Part shown: in pieces, positions 29,692 through 43,559 of the stretch
How positions within the stretch are numbered: position 1 is the stretch's first letter
Layout: every line of letters starts with the position of its first letter
NCBI GenBank assembly: GCA_964016885.1
Contig: OZ024740.1
Location: 128,278,001 to 128,342,000 of the forward strand
Direction of reading: 5' to 3'
From: Eledone cirrhosa
Taxonomy: Eukaryota
Length of the DNA: 64,000 nt
The notes under the pieces: model-generated
The model's input: only the letters and a program-made list of their open reading frames with translations
What the model was told of the DNA's origin: nothing
Databases searched by the model: none
Program-made: the position numbers and the translations under genes

Positions 29692-30044
29692 TAATGTCTG
29701 CTCTAGTAGGTGAAAGGTGAGTTTGTTAATAGGTAAATACTGAAAGTCTATGAAATTAAAGGTAAGTTAGAGGTCATTTCTGTTGTTTGTAATTTAAAAA
29801 AACGATACACTCTTAATATAGTATGCACAAGGGCACAATATAAAATCATTGAATTATAATAAACAATATGTAATCTTTACTTCACTTTTGACAGTGGAAT
29901 TGAAGAGTTCTTTGTTGTAACCAATGACATAGTACAGTATACATTATTATTATTTGGTCTGTTAAATCTCAAATTCATTAAATAAGATTCCACTGAACTG
30001 TATATATATATATATATACATATTTATATATATGTATATATATG

Positions 30045-30107
<63 letters not shown>

Positions 30108-30157
30108 ACATATACATATAGATACACACATATTTATATACACACATATATATATAT

Positions 30158-30200
<43 letters not shown>

Positions 30201-30269
30201 TAGATAGAGAAAAACATTTCCCCTTTACATTCAACTATTCAATTGTCATTGAAATATTGGCTGTTGTTT

Positions 30270-30540
30270 AGTTTCATTCCAAGTGTACCCAGAAAACAAT
30301 ATATGTGTAACATTACACCAAAACACATTAAAACCGAAACAGATCCCATAAAGTTCAATAAGTCTTTGGACAAATTCCTTCAAGAAATCCTGGATAAACC
30401 TCCTACCTCAGGATATGCCTCTGTAAACTCTCTACTTCATTGGGCCATGGTATCCAATTCTGATTTGAAAGACTTCGCCAGGTGGTGCTATTAAGTTGAA
30501 CATGGCCTGGGCCAACACTGGCTCAAAGTTATCAAAGTTA
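30270..30540 (+). mobile_element. CR1/L2-group LINE 3' end fragment
   Basis: PKHIKTETDPIKFNKSLDKFLQEILDKPPTSGY..NSLLHW resembles C-termini of this group. Short repeated tail TCAAAGTTA. Confidence 0.6.
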
Positions 30541-30545
30541 TATAA

Positions 30546-30658
<113 letters not shown>

Positions 30659-31542
30659 ATAAGACTTACAATGAAAAGTGGTGGACTGTGAAACAGAAAT
30701 ACCATATATTTTTTTATACTGTTTATTTGATGATTATATATATAATCTTAACAACAACAAAATGAACAAAATTCTCAGAAATATTTCAACTTTATTATTG
30801 TTTTGTAATGAGCTATGTTTAATTGTTTGTTGTTGCTTACTCATTTACAAGATATGTTTATATATTGCAGGTTAGTAGAAAAGTTAAGTTATTAAAGTTT
30901 CAATTCTTATTAAAAGCTATTTTATCTGATATAACTCACTCTTTATTTACCAAGATATATATTCACTTAAAGCAATTATATTTTTCATACAGGTAAGCAT
31001 GTAATCTGTGTGCGAATGGCTTAGAAGTACATTGTATCCCTGGATGTCATAAGAGGTGACAATAAGGGCCATTGACATGAAAAGCACCCAGCTGTAAAAC
31101 AGTGCTTCAGAAAGCACTGCATTGAGGAGTATGATGCCTAACATTGGCCACAAATCTCACCACTTATTTAGTAGGAAAAGGCCTTAAAATGCTTCTTGTT
31201 ATATGCATGCAAGTCTACAGATGTGTGGGCATGTCATTATGTATTTTTAAATACATAAACACAATGAGAATTAACTGTTAAAAGAACTCAATACAATTGT
31301 AGGTAGTGGTGGATTATTGGAATTGAGTTTGAAGTAAGACAATACATAAGAACTCAAGTCTTTAGCACAAACCAACTATCTATCTTTCTATTCTTTAACC
31401 TATTTTAATAAGTTTTCATTATAATATAATTATGTGCTATTTTTCATTTTTATCCATTTATATATCTTTTTAAATGTTTCTTTCCAATATATCATCGCCA
31501 ATTGTATTAGCATACTTTCTTATAAATATATATATATATGTA

Positions 31543-31618
<76 letters not shown>

Positions 31619-31819
31619 ATTGGCATGAATAAACTTTCCCCTACAAAAGATATATAACCACTGCCGCTAGCATAGTTTTCATCCATCGATTGAGTTATAA
31701 AAGAAAATGCATTTTGAATGACTATACACACATAAAAATGTTGATATATATGTATAGGGATATGCATATATACATATATGAGCACAGACCCACACATACA
31801 TGAATATATATGCATATAT

Positions 31820-31867
<48 letters not shown>

Positions 31868-31870
31868 ATG

Positions 31871-31911
<41 letters not shown>

Positions 31912-32558
31912 TCATCATCATCATCGTTTAACGTCCATCTTCCACGCTTGCATGGGTTTGGATATATATGCATGAATGTATGTATATGCCTATATATATT
32001 TTTATATATGCACATATACATAAATAAGCACACACACACACAAATATATATATCATACTATCATCTTTTTAATGCCATCTCCTCTTTGACTTTTTATTCC
32101 AACTACTCTATTTCACTTTTTACGTAAACTGTACATCAAAGATTCTGCTTCCTCTGTAATTCAACAATATAGTTCTTTTTTTGTTTTTGTTTTTGAAAGG
32201 GCAAATACAAAATAGGTAGGCATGATATTTAAGGCTGATTACCTCCCCACAAATCAAAAAATCACCAAAGTAAAGAAAACAGCTGAAGGCATTATCAAGT
32301 CATATGTATACATACTGTACACTAACATTCATGTTTGCCACATGCCATGGTCCTAAACAGTAAGGTGCTGAATCCAAAAATGTATTCATTTCTTGGTATT
32401 ATACTAATGTATTTGTTATTTATTTTAATTTGGCCAGGGATATTAAACCAAACTTATACCAAACATATTTGTGTGTATGCCACTGTGTGTGTATGTGTGT
32501 CCTTATTCCAGAATATTGAGGAATACCTACAAGTGTGTGAGTACAATTAATTGATGCA

Positions 32559-32589
<31 letters not shown>

Positions 32590-32613
32590 TTATCTGTGTG
32601 TGTGTGAGTTATC

Positions 32614-32645
<32 letters not shown>

Positions 32646-33906
32646 CTATCTGTTTTGTGTAATATATTTCATATTCCTGAATTATTTAACTTTATATTAA
32701 TCTTTTATTAAGTACTTTTGTGGAAATACATCTCATGGTTTTACGGATTAAAATGTTTCTTATCAGATACATATATTACTGTCTGTGTGTGTCATTTACT
32801 TCTCATACCAATGTGCTATATTGTATATGATTCTGTTTACATAACTATATATATATATATCTATATATCTAGGTATCTATATATATTTAACTAAATACAC
32901 ACACACACACACACATAAATATATAAAAACCTAAGCTCTCTCTCTTGCACACATATTCACACACACACACACATATATAATTCTAGCAACTACACATGTA
33001 TAGAAATATATATTTGTGTGTGCAGTGATGTGAGTGTTTGTAGGTGTTATACTTTATGTACATTTTCATGTCCTCATATTCAAATTTATAAATTACATTT
33101 ATACATGTTGCATGGATTTTTGTGTGTATATACATATATACACACAGATAAACACCTATAAATGTATGCATGTTTGTGTGAGAACAGATTTACAATCGTT
33201 AGAAATGTTTTGTAATTAATTCCTTTGTACATGCATACATGTGCTTGAATCGGACATAGAAATTTCAACTTGTGTTTTCTTGACACTTCTTGAATGGCAG
33301 CCTATATGGAAACATAAATGACATATTTGTACTGGTATATGATTTCATACGTACATTTTTAGGCCATGCTCAAAATCATTGTGTCATACATAACACACAT
33401 ATGCATAACAATTTACATATACTTTCATGCACACCCACACACATCTGCATATACATATATTAAAAGAAATTTGTCATACTTAATTTCAAATATGATAATA
33501 TTAGTTTGAAAACTGTTTCAAGACTCTCTCTTCTGTCAAAAAAATAAAAATAAAAATAAAATATAAAAAATAAAATATAAAGGAAAAGAAAAAAAAAAGA
33601 ATACATAAAAGAATTTGGTTTTTGTTTCTTTCTCAAAATTTGACAAGTTTTCTTTTCTCTATCTTCTCTGAAACTATTGTTATTTCATCCATCATACAAT
33701 TTTATGCTGTCCTGTTTTCAGGTATTTTATTTTAGAATTTATGCTATAATTTTCATATGTATACATTTCCTTTTTTTACTTTTTCTTTTATGTCTTTTTT
33801 AAATATTTTGTTTTTGTTTTGTAATCTCAAACCTTTGATATTTCACTGGATTAAAGTGGAAGACTCTCAAGCTGTAGTTAAAATCATGCCGGTTTTCAGA
33901 AAATTT

Positions 33907-34019
33907 TTATATGCAACAAACTTGCGAAATGGCCAGAAGAAGAGAGAAGCAGGAAAAAATTAAATCGGTAATTGGTTTTTCACATCCAGATCCAAAAGCT
34001 GCTGGTGATTCTGATTGGT
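33907..34019 (-). CDS. Candidate terminal coding exon of a host gene with a GPI-signal-like C-terminus
   Basis: Acceptor TTTACAG| then xAC-QSESPAAFGSGCEKPITDLIFSCFSLLLAISQVCCI-TAA. AATAAA on - at 33726-31. It lies in unique sequence; upstream exons were not found. Confidence 0.35.
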
Positions 34020-37000
34020 CTGTAAATGTATAAATTTGCAAACAATATTTGAGAAACGATAGATAGTGAGAGAAAGAAAAGAAATATGTTAATTTGGCTC
34101 TTATTCCTATAAGCACATGAAACTGCATTAAAGAGACATTCTTGAAAAGCACAAAATCTTGATATGGATTGCATCACATTAAAACATTAAATGCTACTGA
34201 AAATTTTCAAAGCAATATGTCCATTAAAAAAAGATACTATGAACATTTGAATTAACAAAGCCACTTTTAGATGTTTTCTGCTAAACCATTTCAGAATAAT
34301 AAAAATTAAATGACATATTATTCCCTGTTCATATATGAAAATAGAGGCAGAAGGCAAATAAAGATGTATAAATATATAAATGAAAAAAATATATACATAA
34401 AAAAAATAAATTCACTGCAGCTGTATTTAGCTAAATGATTTGCAATATTGTTCATGATGAAATACTATAAATATATTATTAAACAAAGCATCAATTTGAG
34501 AAGAAGCATAGGGGAGAAATTGAGAAAACGAATATGTAAGTCATCTATCTATTTTCCATCCATAGAAAAGAATGAAGAAGATGACCATCATTAATTGTGT
34601 GTGTGTGTGTGTGCATGTTTGCATGCATATATGAGTTAGTGTGTGTACATACTAATATACCTGCCTTTGCCTCTCATATAGAAAGATTCTAGGTAGTTCC
34701 TTTCAACTTATTATGTCAAAAAGATTTATGAGGCAATATTTATTCATAACAAAATTGAAAAGTAACTTTTAGAATTGACAAGGAAATATAGTTTGTCAAT
34801 ACATATAGATACAATCAAGACGTGAAATTAAAATCCTCCTTTTGTTCCCCTTTTGGTGATTTATAATTAAAAATGGAAATATGTTCATTTATTTTATTGA
34901 AAAATTGACTGTAGGCGAAAACATTCTTTCCTTAGGCAATATCACCTTCATTGTTTGCAATCTGTTTAGCTCTTCTATAATTTATAAGTTATAATTTGGT
35001 ATGGATGTTTATTTATATTTTGATTATTCATTTATTATTATTATAGTTGTTGTTGTTTCTTTGCATGCTAAAGAAGTAAAATAAGTAACTTTGCCCCCAG
35101 GCAAAATACAAATCATGTTCACTGAAACACAAGATACTGTGTAGAATGAGATTAACTCAACCGTTATGTTTTTTAGTATCATACAAAATAATAGTTTTGT
35201 AATCAACTGTAAAGCTATTTTGCCATACTGTTCAATTCAAAATTTCCCCAAGCATACCATGCAGTTACTGAATACAGGTAACAATTTCACAACTCAATGA
35301 CAAAAAGTTATTGTCTGAGACATTTACTCATAAAAACAAATTAATTTCAAATTGGTATGGTTCTGAAGGAATTAACAACTAAGATTTTCCATATAATTTG
35401 AAATAAAATAAAAGTGAATGGGACAGTTTTCTCTGTCTAAAGTCCATGCTTATAATGTTTATTAATACTTGATAGGGTACTTCTTATTTAGAAATAATCA
35501 ATATGTATATGTTTATATTCGAATGTAACAACATTCAAAGAAAACAACATAGTTTAGAGAGGACTCTAATCATATCAATAACATAGCAGCTGCTAGTGCT
35601 GGTGCCATCATACAATTCTCCCAGTAGATTCTGTCAACTGATTGGCATTAAGCAGAGCATCCAGTCATAGGAAATATGTAAAAGATGGAATGTAAATGGA
35701 GATGTGGTTCTCCAACCCTCCTAGGATAGTAGCTTTGATTCAGTTTTCACTTCATATTTGATAACCCATACAGCTCTTGCCAAAATGGGAAAATGGATGT
35801 AAAATTAGGATCAAGGCTTTCTTGCTTCTCCAAACAATAATTACACAGAATATATTAATTTGACAAGAAAATTGCAGGTACATGTCTAATTTCAAATTCT
35901 GTTGTAGCATACCTTGTCTCTCTTTTGCTTACTCAGCTTCAAGAAATAAATATTATTGACATTATTTGATTATTTCTATTATTTGCATTATTTGATAGAC
36001 CATGTTTATGGTTCACAAAGTCTCTATGAAGTCTCTAGACCTGCTAGAAATAATGGCTAAATCTGAATCAAACCATGTCTGACCATATTAAAAAAGGAAA
36101 AATGCATTGGACAATACATTTCTAGATATACAGAATGATGGAATCATGACTACTTGAATTCTATTGATCATAAATCACTTAGATGTGGGCTGACCTTGTT
36201 TTATACAACAATTATTCGATGGCACATTTCAGGTTCTAGTGAAGACCATTGGATATATCACATTATAAGTTACTTTGTATGTTGGGTGGTGGAAATTGTT
36301 TAATGCCCAGTCTGATTTGCTAACATGCTAACATGCTTAACACTCAATTTCTTACTCTGCTGTGAATTTGCACAAATCTATTGCTTACTTGAAGATGGGC
36401 ATATTTATCTATGAGCACAACATAGCATCAGCAACTGTGTTCTTGTTCATTTAACTGGTCAAATCATAAAACTGAATGACCAAAATGATCCAAGAGATTG
36501 ACATGACGAAAGTAGTTACGAGAGCTAGATGTTAACATATAAATTAGAAGTGTTTGATCTGTAATATACTACAGCATTACTTTTCTTCACATGTAATAAA
36601 AGACATTTTTGTAAGACAGTATAAATCACCAGGAGTTGACTACTGAGTGCATTATATTTTATAATGATGGAGTTAAGATTCTTTAGAAAGAAAGTCAATG
36701 GTGGGAAAGTGCCATAAACCTCTTGTCAAAGAATGATATCAACACCTAAGGTTGATTAGGTCATAATGGAAAGATTAGCTGTTGGATCGATATGGTTGAG
36801 TAATGTGTCTAAATGCTAAGAGTAATTTCAGTTCAGTTCATGAAAGGCTGTGTTAGTTGAAAATGGTAAATTTAATTGTAAATTTGCCAATTTTAGCAAT
36901 TCTGTTAAATGAAACATTTCTTTGGCATAGTTAGAAATAAAACAGTATTCTAATTTCACCATGTCGATAAATCTCAGTTATTGTCTTTTTGGATGTGGCA

Positions 37001-37206
37001 ACTTTGCTCCTCAATAGTGGGCACTTTGGCAAGAAGTGGTAGAATTATATAATAGCCCACAAGGTATCTGAAGAATGTGAGAGATGAGATGCCAAAAATA
37101 CATTTAGTGGTATTTTTCTAATTGTTCAGAAACTGGCAGAAAATGCTGAAAAATATTCACTCTTGATATTGTTAGCTATCAAAGAATTGTCAATATATAC
37201 ATATAT

Positions 37207-39006
37207 GAGAGTGAACATAGCTAAGACAAAGTGTTGATAAGTGGAAGAGAGGACAATACTCCGATTCCATCAGGGAAATGGCCATGTTCGATATGTAGGA
37301 AAGGAACTGGCATGAATTCCATAAAATGTACGCAATGCAGATCTTGGGTACACAAGAGATGTAGTGGGATAGCAGGCAAACTCTTCTCTCTCTTGGTTGT
37401 CCATCGTAAATGATGATGACATCTTCTTTATTGTTGTTCCCGTCTGCTGTGGGCAGGAAGGTGGCTGTGGAGGCTGATCCTTGATTTGCAGGTCCGGGGA
37501 CAGTGGGAGCAAAGGAAGAGACCGGAGTCAGACTGGCAACTCCCAGAGGTTACATTCACCTCGCGCCCATCACCGCAGGGCTTTGGGAGTGCACGCTAAA
37601 GAAGAAACCTGTGCGGGGAAAGGTTTATAGTCGGAGGGCCAGTGCAAAGTGATGGTCCCACTCACTCGGCCACAGAAGCCAGAATCTGGTGGTATGGAGG
37701 ACCGTCACGACCAGGCACTTCCTTGGCTGCAGTGGATGGCCACGACGTCTGTAGTGCCTTGCCATGCCCTAGCGCTCCACACCGCTTGCTGTCACTGCCT
37801 TTGTGACTGTTGGGACGATATTGTCCTGCTCCACTCACTCTGCCGGGTCCAGTCTTTGCATGCAGGGGCAGGCATCCCCTATCTAACTCACAAGAAGCTG
37901 TAGCCGCTGTCGCATGCTACAGCTTCTTGTGGCCACTGGTGAGAGCTGAGTGTCAGGTGGTACCCAATGCAGAACAAGCTGTCCTGAAAAGGGCATGGCT
38001 AGCCCTCCGTACAGAGGTACATGCCCCTCCCTGACACCCTAGGCATATACACACGCATATACATACACATACATATGTACATGTGTATATACATATTTAC
38101 ACATTTTTGGATGGCCGTTGACTCTTATGAGTTCTTCCGCCCTTTTGTCAGGTTTTATTTTTTGTCCTGCAGGGTGTCTAAAATCACCCTTTTCACCAAG
38201 TAAACTTGGTGGGGTTGCCAGTTTAGTCACGGAACGACCATGTGATAGGTTGTACTGGTTTACATGTTATCAGTAGCACTCAATAGTGAGCAGGAAACTA
38301 ACAGGTAGGGAAAACTACATATGCAGTAGATGTACAGGGAAAGTTGGCAGTATTAATCGCAGTGATAGACATATTTTCCAATGCTGGTGGGTTCTATAGA
38401 AGTGGTTGATAGCTTCCGGTACTTAGGTGACCAGATTAGCATGGGAGGGGGGGGGGGTTCTGAGGCTATAGTATCTAGAATAAGGACGGGTTGGAAGAAG
38501 TTTAGGGAGCTGCTTCCTTTGTTGACAAAGAAAGGTTTCTTCCTGCGTACGAAAGGACAGTTATATGATGCCTGTCTGAGATGCGCGATGATGCATGGTA
38601 GTGAGACATGGACAGCAATTGCAGAGGATATGGTTGAGAGAAATGAAGCAAGTATTCTCCGTTGGATGCGCAATATCAATGTGCATGAACGAGTTGAGAA
38701 AGAAACTGGGTATAAGAGGGATAAGTTGTGGTGTGCAGGAGAGAAGGCTGAGATGGTATGGACATGCGATGCGCATGGAGGATGACTGCTGGGTAAAGAA
38801 ATGCCAAGAAATACCAGTAGAAGGAAGACTCAGTAGAGGTAAACCATGTAAAACATGGGTGGAGGTGGTGAGAGCAGACCTCGGGTCGCTGAAACTCACC
38901 GAGGAGATAACGAAGGACCGTGACAAGTGGAAAGATGCTGTGCTGAATAGGACCCGTCCAACCCTTGCAAGCAGGCAAAAGCAGATGTAAGATGATGATG
39001 ATGACG
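37207..39006 (+). mobile_element. 5'-truncated RTE-type LINE split by a 0.9-kb insertion
   Basis: 37207-37382 and 38289-39006 join into the sequence seen uninterrupted at 63240-64000(-). (GAT)n tail. Confidence 0.92.
37383..38288. mobile_element. Unclassified GC-rich insertion with target-site duplication
   Basis: Flanked by AGCAGGCAAACT (37371-82) and AGCAGG-AAACT (38289-99). Confidence 0.7.
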
Positions 39007-39645
39007 AATAGTATATAACAATGAACAATGAAGAACCAAAAAGTTTGCATCACATTTATTAATCTAACTGATATAAACAAAAAGTCTAACAAATCAAATG
39101 GAGTGGATGAGACAGTTTTCTCAATGTCCCCTGTAGCAATTATAGTGATAAGTCTTTGAGATGCTGATTCAGACCATGGTCCTTTATTGATGTTAATGTT
39201 ATTGTTAACTTCTTGAACAGCTCTCAAGCAGACAGATGGCCAACTTTTTCCATTTGTGATCACGAGTTTTAATATTCATATCTAGTAAATCTAGGTCATC
39301 AACTAATGCGCCTACCTTTTTTTAACACAGTAGGATGTGTTGGAGTATACATGTCTGATATGTCAATCATGTTGTGTATCCTTTCAGAAGTTTTCTTTGA
39401 CTCATGAATATATATATATATATAAGGTAAGTTATTCCGGGTTGAATCGGAGGTAACCACAGTAAGTAAGGTACTCAATACATAGCAGAGTATAACAATT
39501 CCTGATAATTTCTAAAGAATGAAACAGTTCCAGCCCTGTAGAATCTCATCTATATTATATATATATATATAAATATATATATAATCATTTTACCCTCGCT
39601 ATTCCATACAGCTATATATATTATTATAGTTCTTTAGCAATAATA

Positions 39646-40006
39646 TGTAATAGATATATCACCAAGACTTTAGCATGTTTTTACATAATTTATTTAACAA
39701 AGGTTAAGAGGTTGATTAATCTGGCATGCCAAAAGAAATGAAATAAACCAATTAAGATTGTAAGAGAAGGTACGGTCGACTGGCTGAGGCATTGGCCAGG
39801 CCTGTAGTAATGTTTTATCGTTACATATTGTTTGTGCGTGCGGAGCAAAAGAAGAATTGGTCAAGTTGCAAGAGAGAGAGGGGCCAGAACGATCCCTTAT
39901 ATTCGGGCCACGGGGAAGTAACTCCAATTAATTTTGTTCCCCGGACAAAGGTGGCGCTAGTCACTACAGATCTTTAGCCTAAAGTTAAACCTGGCACAGC
40001 AGAACA
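39646..40006 (-). mobile_element. Possible solo LTR
   Basis: TG...CA ends, TATA-like ATATAAG followed by AATAAA on -, higher GC than flanks. No clean TSD. Confidence 0.3.
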
Positions 40007-40959
40007 ATAATCACATGAAATCAATCTGAGACTTTATTGCTTTTTCATACAAATAAATGTGGCTTCATTTTCTTTACTACTGCAATGATTGTGATTCCAT
40101 AAAATGTATGGTTGTGTATTATTTCTATTAATATACATGGACTATATCATAGGCTATTTTCTGACAAGCTTTGCATACACGTACAGCAATGCACATTTTT
40201 AGGGATCTGTTGTTCATGTCTTACTGTTTGCTTCATTACTCATTTTTCCATTTGTCTAGAAGTTTGCTTCGCTTCTGTTTTTTCCAATTTCAGTCTCACC
40301 ATGCTAGATCCTGGGTAAGTTTTTCCTATAGCCGGAGCTGAACAATAATTTGTGAGTGGAATTTGGTAAAAGGAAACTGTATATCAGTAAAAGCTATAAA
40401 CCTCAGCATGAAAATTGTTAAACTAGTACTTTTGAACAAAGTTATTCATTCATTTGAACTGAGATATTCAATCCACCTGAGTTGCACAGACAATACCTTC
40501 TCACTCTCAGCAGTATTTATTTTGTGAACTAGTGGCTGATCCATTGGAAATGTGTAGCCAACAATATTATAGTTCAGAAAATACCATACAAGATATATAT
40601 ATAAGTAAAGTAAACACCAATAGGAGCAAATTAAATAATAAAAGTAGAATTACCTGATTTTCCATTCTGTATCCAAGTAGAATCAATGGGTGTAGTGACT
40701 CTATTTTGTAATGGCGTATAATTATTGTGATGTGGCACCTCAGGATTTTCCCCATTTGGCATAATTGGCTTACTAGGAAGCATTTTGTATTTGTTGCTAT
40801 CGTGCTCTGAAAATAGAAAATGATAATAATAATAATAATAATAATAACAATAATAATAATACCAATAATGCCAATAGAACTCTTTAACCTGTTCTATCCA
40901 GCTGACTGAGACTATGCTAGCGGACCACTATTGTGACTACACTTTCTATAGTTAACCTT

Positions 40960-41530
40960 CCTTTGTTGGCCATTGAGGTATGTGGGAATTTTTCACTGTT
41001 TCCCTTATTTGTATTTCATCTCATGATATAGGTTCATCTAGGATCTTGGTTAGCAGAATGTCGAGATATTTCTTGTAAATATCTACATCCACACAATCTC
41101 TCAGCTTATTAAAGAGCTGGATGTCTTTTTAATGCAGATTATTGTTGTATCTGGCCCTTACACTAGACGTGAATGATGGGACATTTGGCAATACACACTG
41201 GCATCCTGTTCAAGGGTTATTCCAGTTCTCAGAGCCAAAGTTTGGTGCTAGTCCTTCCAGTATCTTCTGCAAATCCCTCCCGCCCTCATTCCAAAGAATA
41301 GAACATCAGTTCTTTCAGCCTCTCCCAGTAGGTCAGCTCCTTCATTGAGGCAATCCTTATAGCGCAGCTTCATTTGATTCCTTCAAGTCCTGCAGTTTGT
41401 TTGATACAGTGGAGCAACCACAGCTGAGAACAATAGTTCAGTGAGGTGAGGATAAAAGTCCTTCAGAGGACAAATATGGTTTCCTTATCTCCTGCACTGA
41501 AAGTCCTCAGAATCCAACCAGCCAGTCATT
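40960..41530 (-). mobile_element. Decayed CR1/L2-group LINE 3' region
   Basis: The minus strand encodes degenerate ..VRARY.. and ..KKYLDILLTKILDEP-like C-terminal stretches. Confidence 0.5.
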
Positions 41531-41569
41531 TGCACATTGCTGCTATTTTGGTAATGTTTGCATGAAACA

Positions 41570-41730
41570 TGGACAACTAGACAAATGGCCTACTATTTAG
41601 AGGAGAGCAATGGAGTTTAAATTTATTCTGGCACTTGACTGGAACTTTATTTTATCAAATCTAGAGGACTGAATGAAAATTTTGACTTTGGTGGGATTTG
41701 AACTCAGAATGAAAAGAGCTGTAACTAAGC
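41570..41730 (-). mobile_element. tRNA-derived SINE; further copies at 43060-43230, 43300-43400, 46128-46330 and 46921-46966
   Basis: Same core and B-box (GGATTTGAACTCAG on +). Confidence 0.75.
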
Positions 41731-43559
41731 TGTAAAGTAATTTATGGTTGAAGAAGAAGAGAAGAAGAAAGGAGGAGGAGTAGAGGGATGAGGAAGAGGA
41801 AAAGAAGAAGATTTTTGAATCACAATAACAAACTTCAGAAACATAAAAGAATACAAATGAATATCCAATTTCTTAAATGATTGAATCAACCAGACAGATT
41901 TTGCTGGTATGGAAAACATTCTTAAGTCATCTATGATGGTGATTATGGTAGAGGTGGTTAACAATGTTGTTTGTTAGTAGTGAAGACAAACACATGACAT
42001 AGTTTGGGATGGTGAAAGATGATTCATTCTCAGATTGTTTGACACCGCCTGTGTTTCTTCTTAATAAATCAATTATTCTTACTGTAAACTCTTTTCAGTG
42101 GAGGAGTTCATTTTCTATTCCATCATATATAATCATTCCCCTAAAATTCTATTTATGCCTTAAAATCGACAATGTTCACTGTTGGTTGTTTGGTTGGTTG
42201 CTTAGATCGTTGGTTGCTTGTTGGCTAATTTATGCAGTTCATGAGATATTTCATATATATTTTGTTGTTTTTATTTGATATTTATTTTCTCTTTTAAAGA
42301 ATATAAGAATGATTATTGTAGAAATAGAAATGTTTCATATTTCCTGTGTAAAAGTCTGCTATTAAATAATTATTCTAGAACCGAGTGCATTTATCATTGT
42401 AAAGAAAACATCTATTGTTGTTGCTGTTGTTGTTGTCATGAGTTTGAGGATCATCATAACCATCATTAGTACATTTTCCCTTAGGCAAGGAGCATAACTC
42501 TACTAGCTTCTTTCCATCTAACTGGTTACTAGATTCTATTAATATTTCATGGTAGGCTGGTTGATAGAATTAATGATGTTCAGGTAAAATCAACCAAATA
42601 CCAAGAGAAATTTCTTTAAAAACAGGGTCCCATCACAATTCTGTTTGTAATGTTCTAATTTTCTAAGAAAATATAAGTTTCATTAAAATCCCATTTTTTC
42701 TGTAACTGCAATAATTTCATGCTGATTGCAGTTACATATCTATAGTGTATTGGTGTGTAATATTTAGTTACTGATAGTTCACTAGTTTGAGCACTCAATG
42801 TTAATGATGTACTATCAATTCTAGAATTGGGCTTGATCACTACCGATCGTACATTGAGCTGATCAATCATGATATGCAAGTCCCATGTGAATAAGACAAT
42901 GATTAAATATTGATATTTCATTCATGCTTCTAAGTATTTCTATTATACACACACACACATATATATATACATATATACATATATATACAATCATTACCAT
43001 TTTTCAAGCACTTTTCCATAGTTGCATGCATTAATGATGATTTCATATTATGTAGTTCAGTGTAATTGATTTCATTAGAGCCCATACTTGACATGTATTG
43101 TTTTTAATGACTCTAGAAGGATGAAAGATCGAATTGACCTTGGCTGGATTTGGACATCGAATGTAAAGGGACATGAACAAAGGCTTCAGTTGCTTTCTGT
43201 TAGACATTCAATTGAGTCTTCTGCAAAAATGGTGGTTTTTCAACAGAGGCTCAAGGCTACAGATTTGAGAAGATGACAAATAATTATATGAAATCTAGTA
43301 CTTATTTGGTACTTTATTTCATTGGATCCTGTCAGATGAGAGGAAAAACTGACCTTAGTAGGATTTGAACTCAAAAGTTGAAAAACATAACCAAATGCAA
43401 CCTGGCTATAAAAACAAATGAAAATAGACCCTAAAACCAAAGGCGAACAGTGCAGCCATGTCAGTGGGGCAGTGGACCACATAATCTCCAGTTGCCCAGT
43501 TCTTGTGAAATTTGAATATATACACAGATGTAATTGAATTGACAGCTATAACCACTGGG

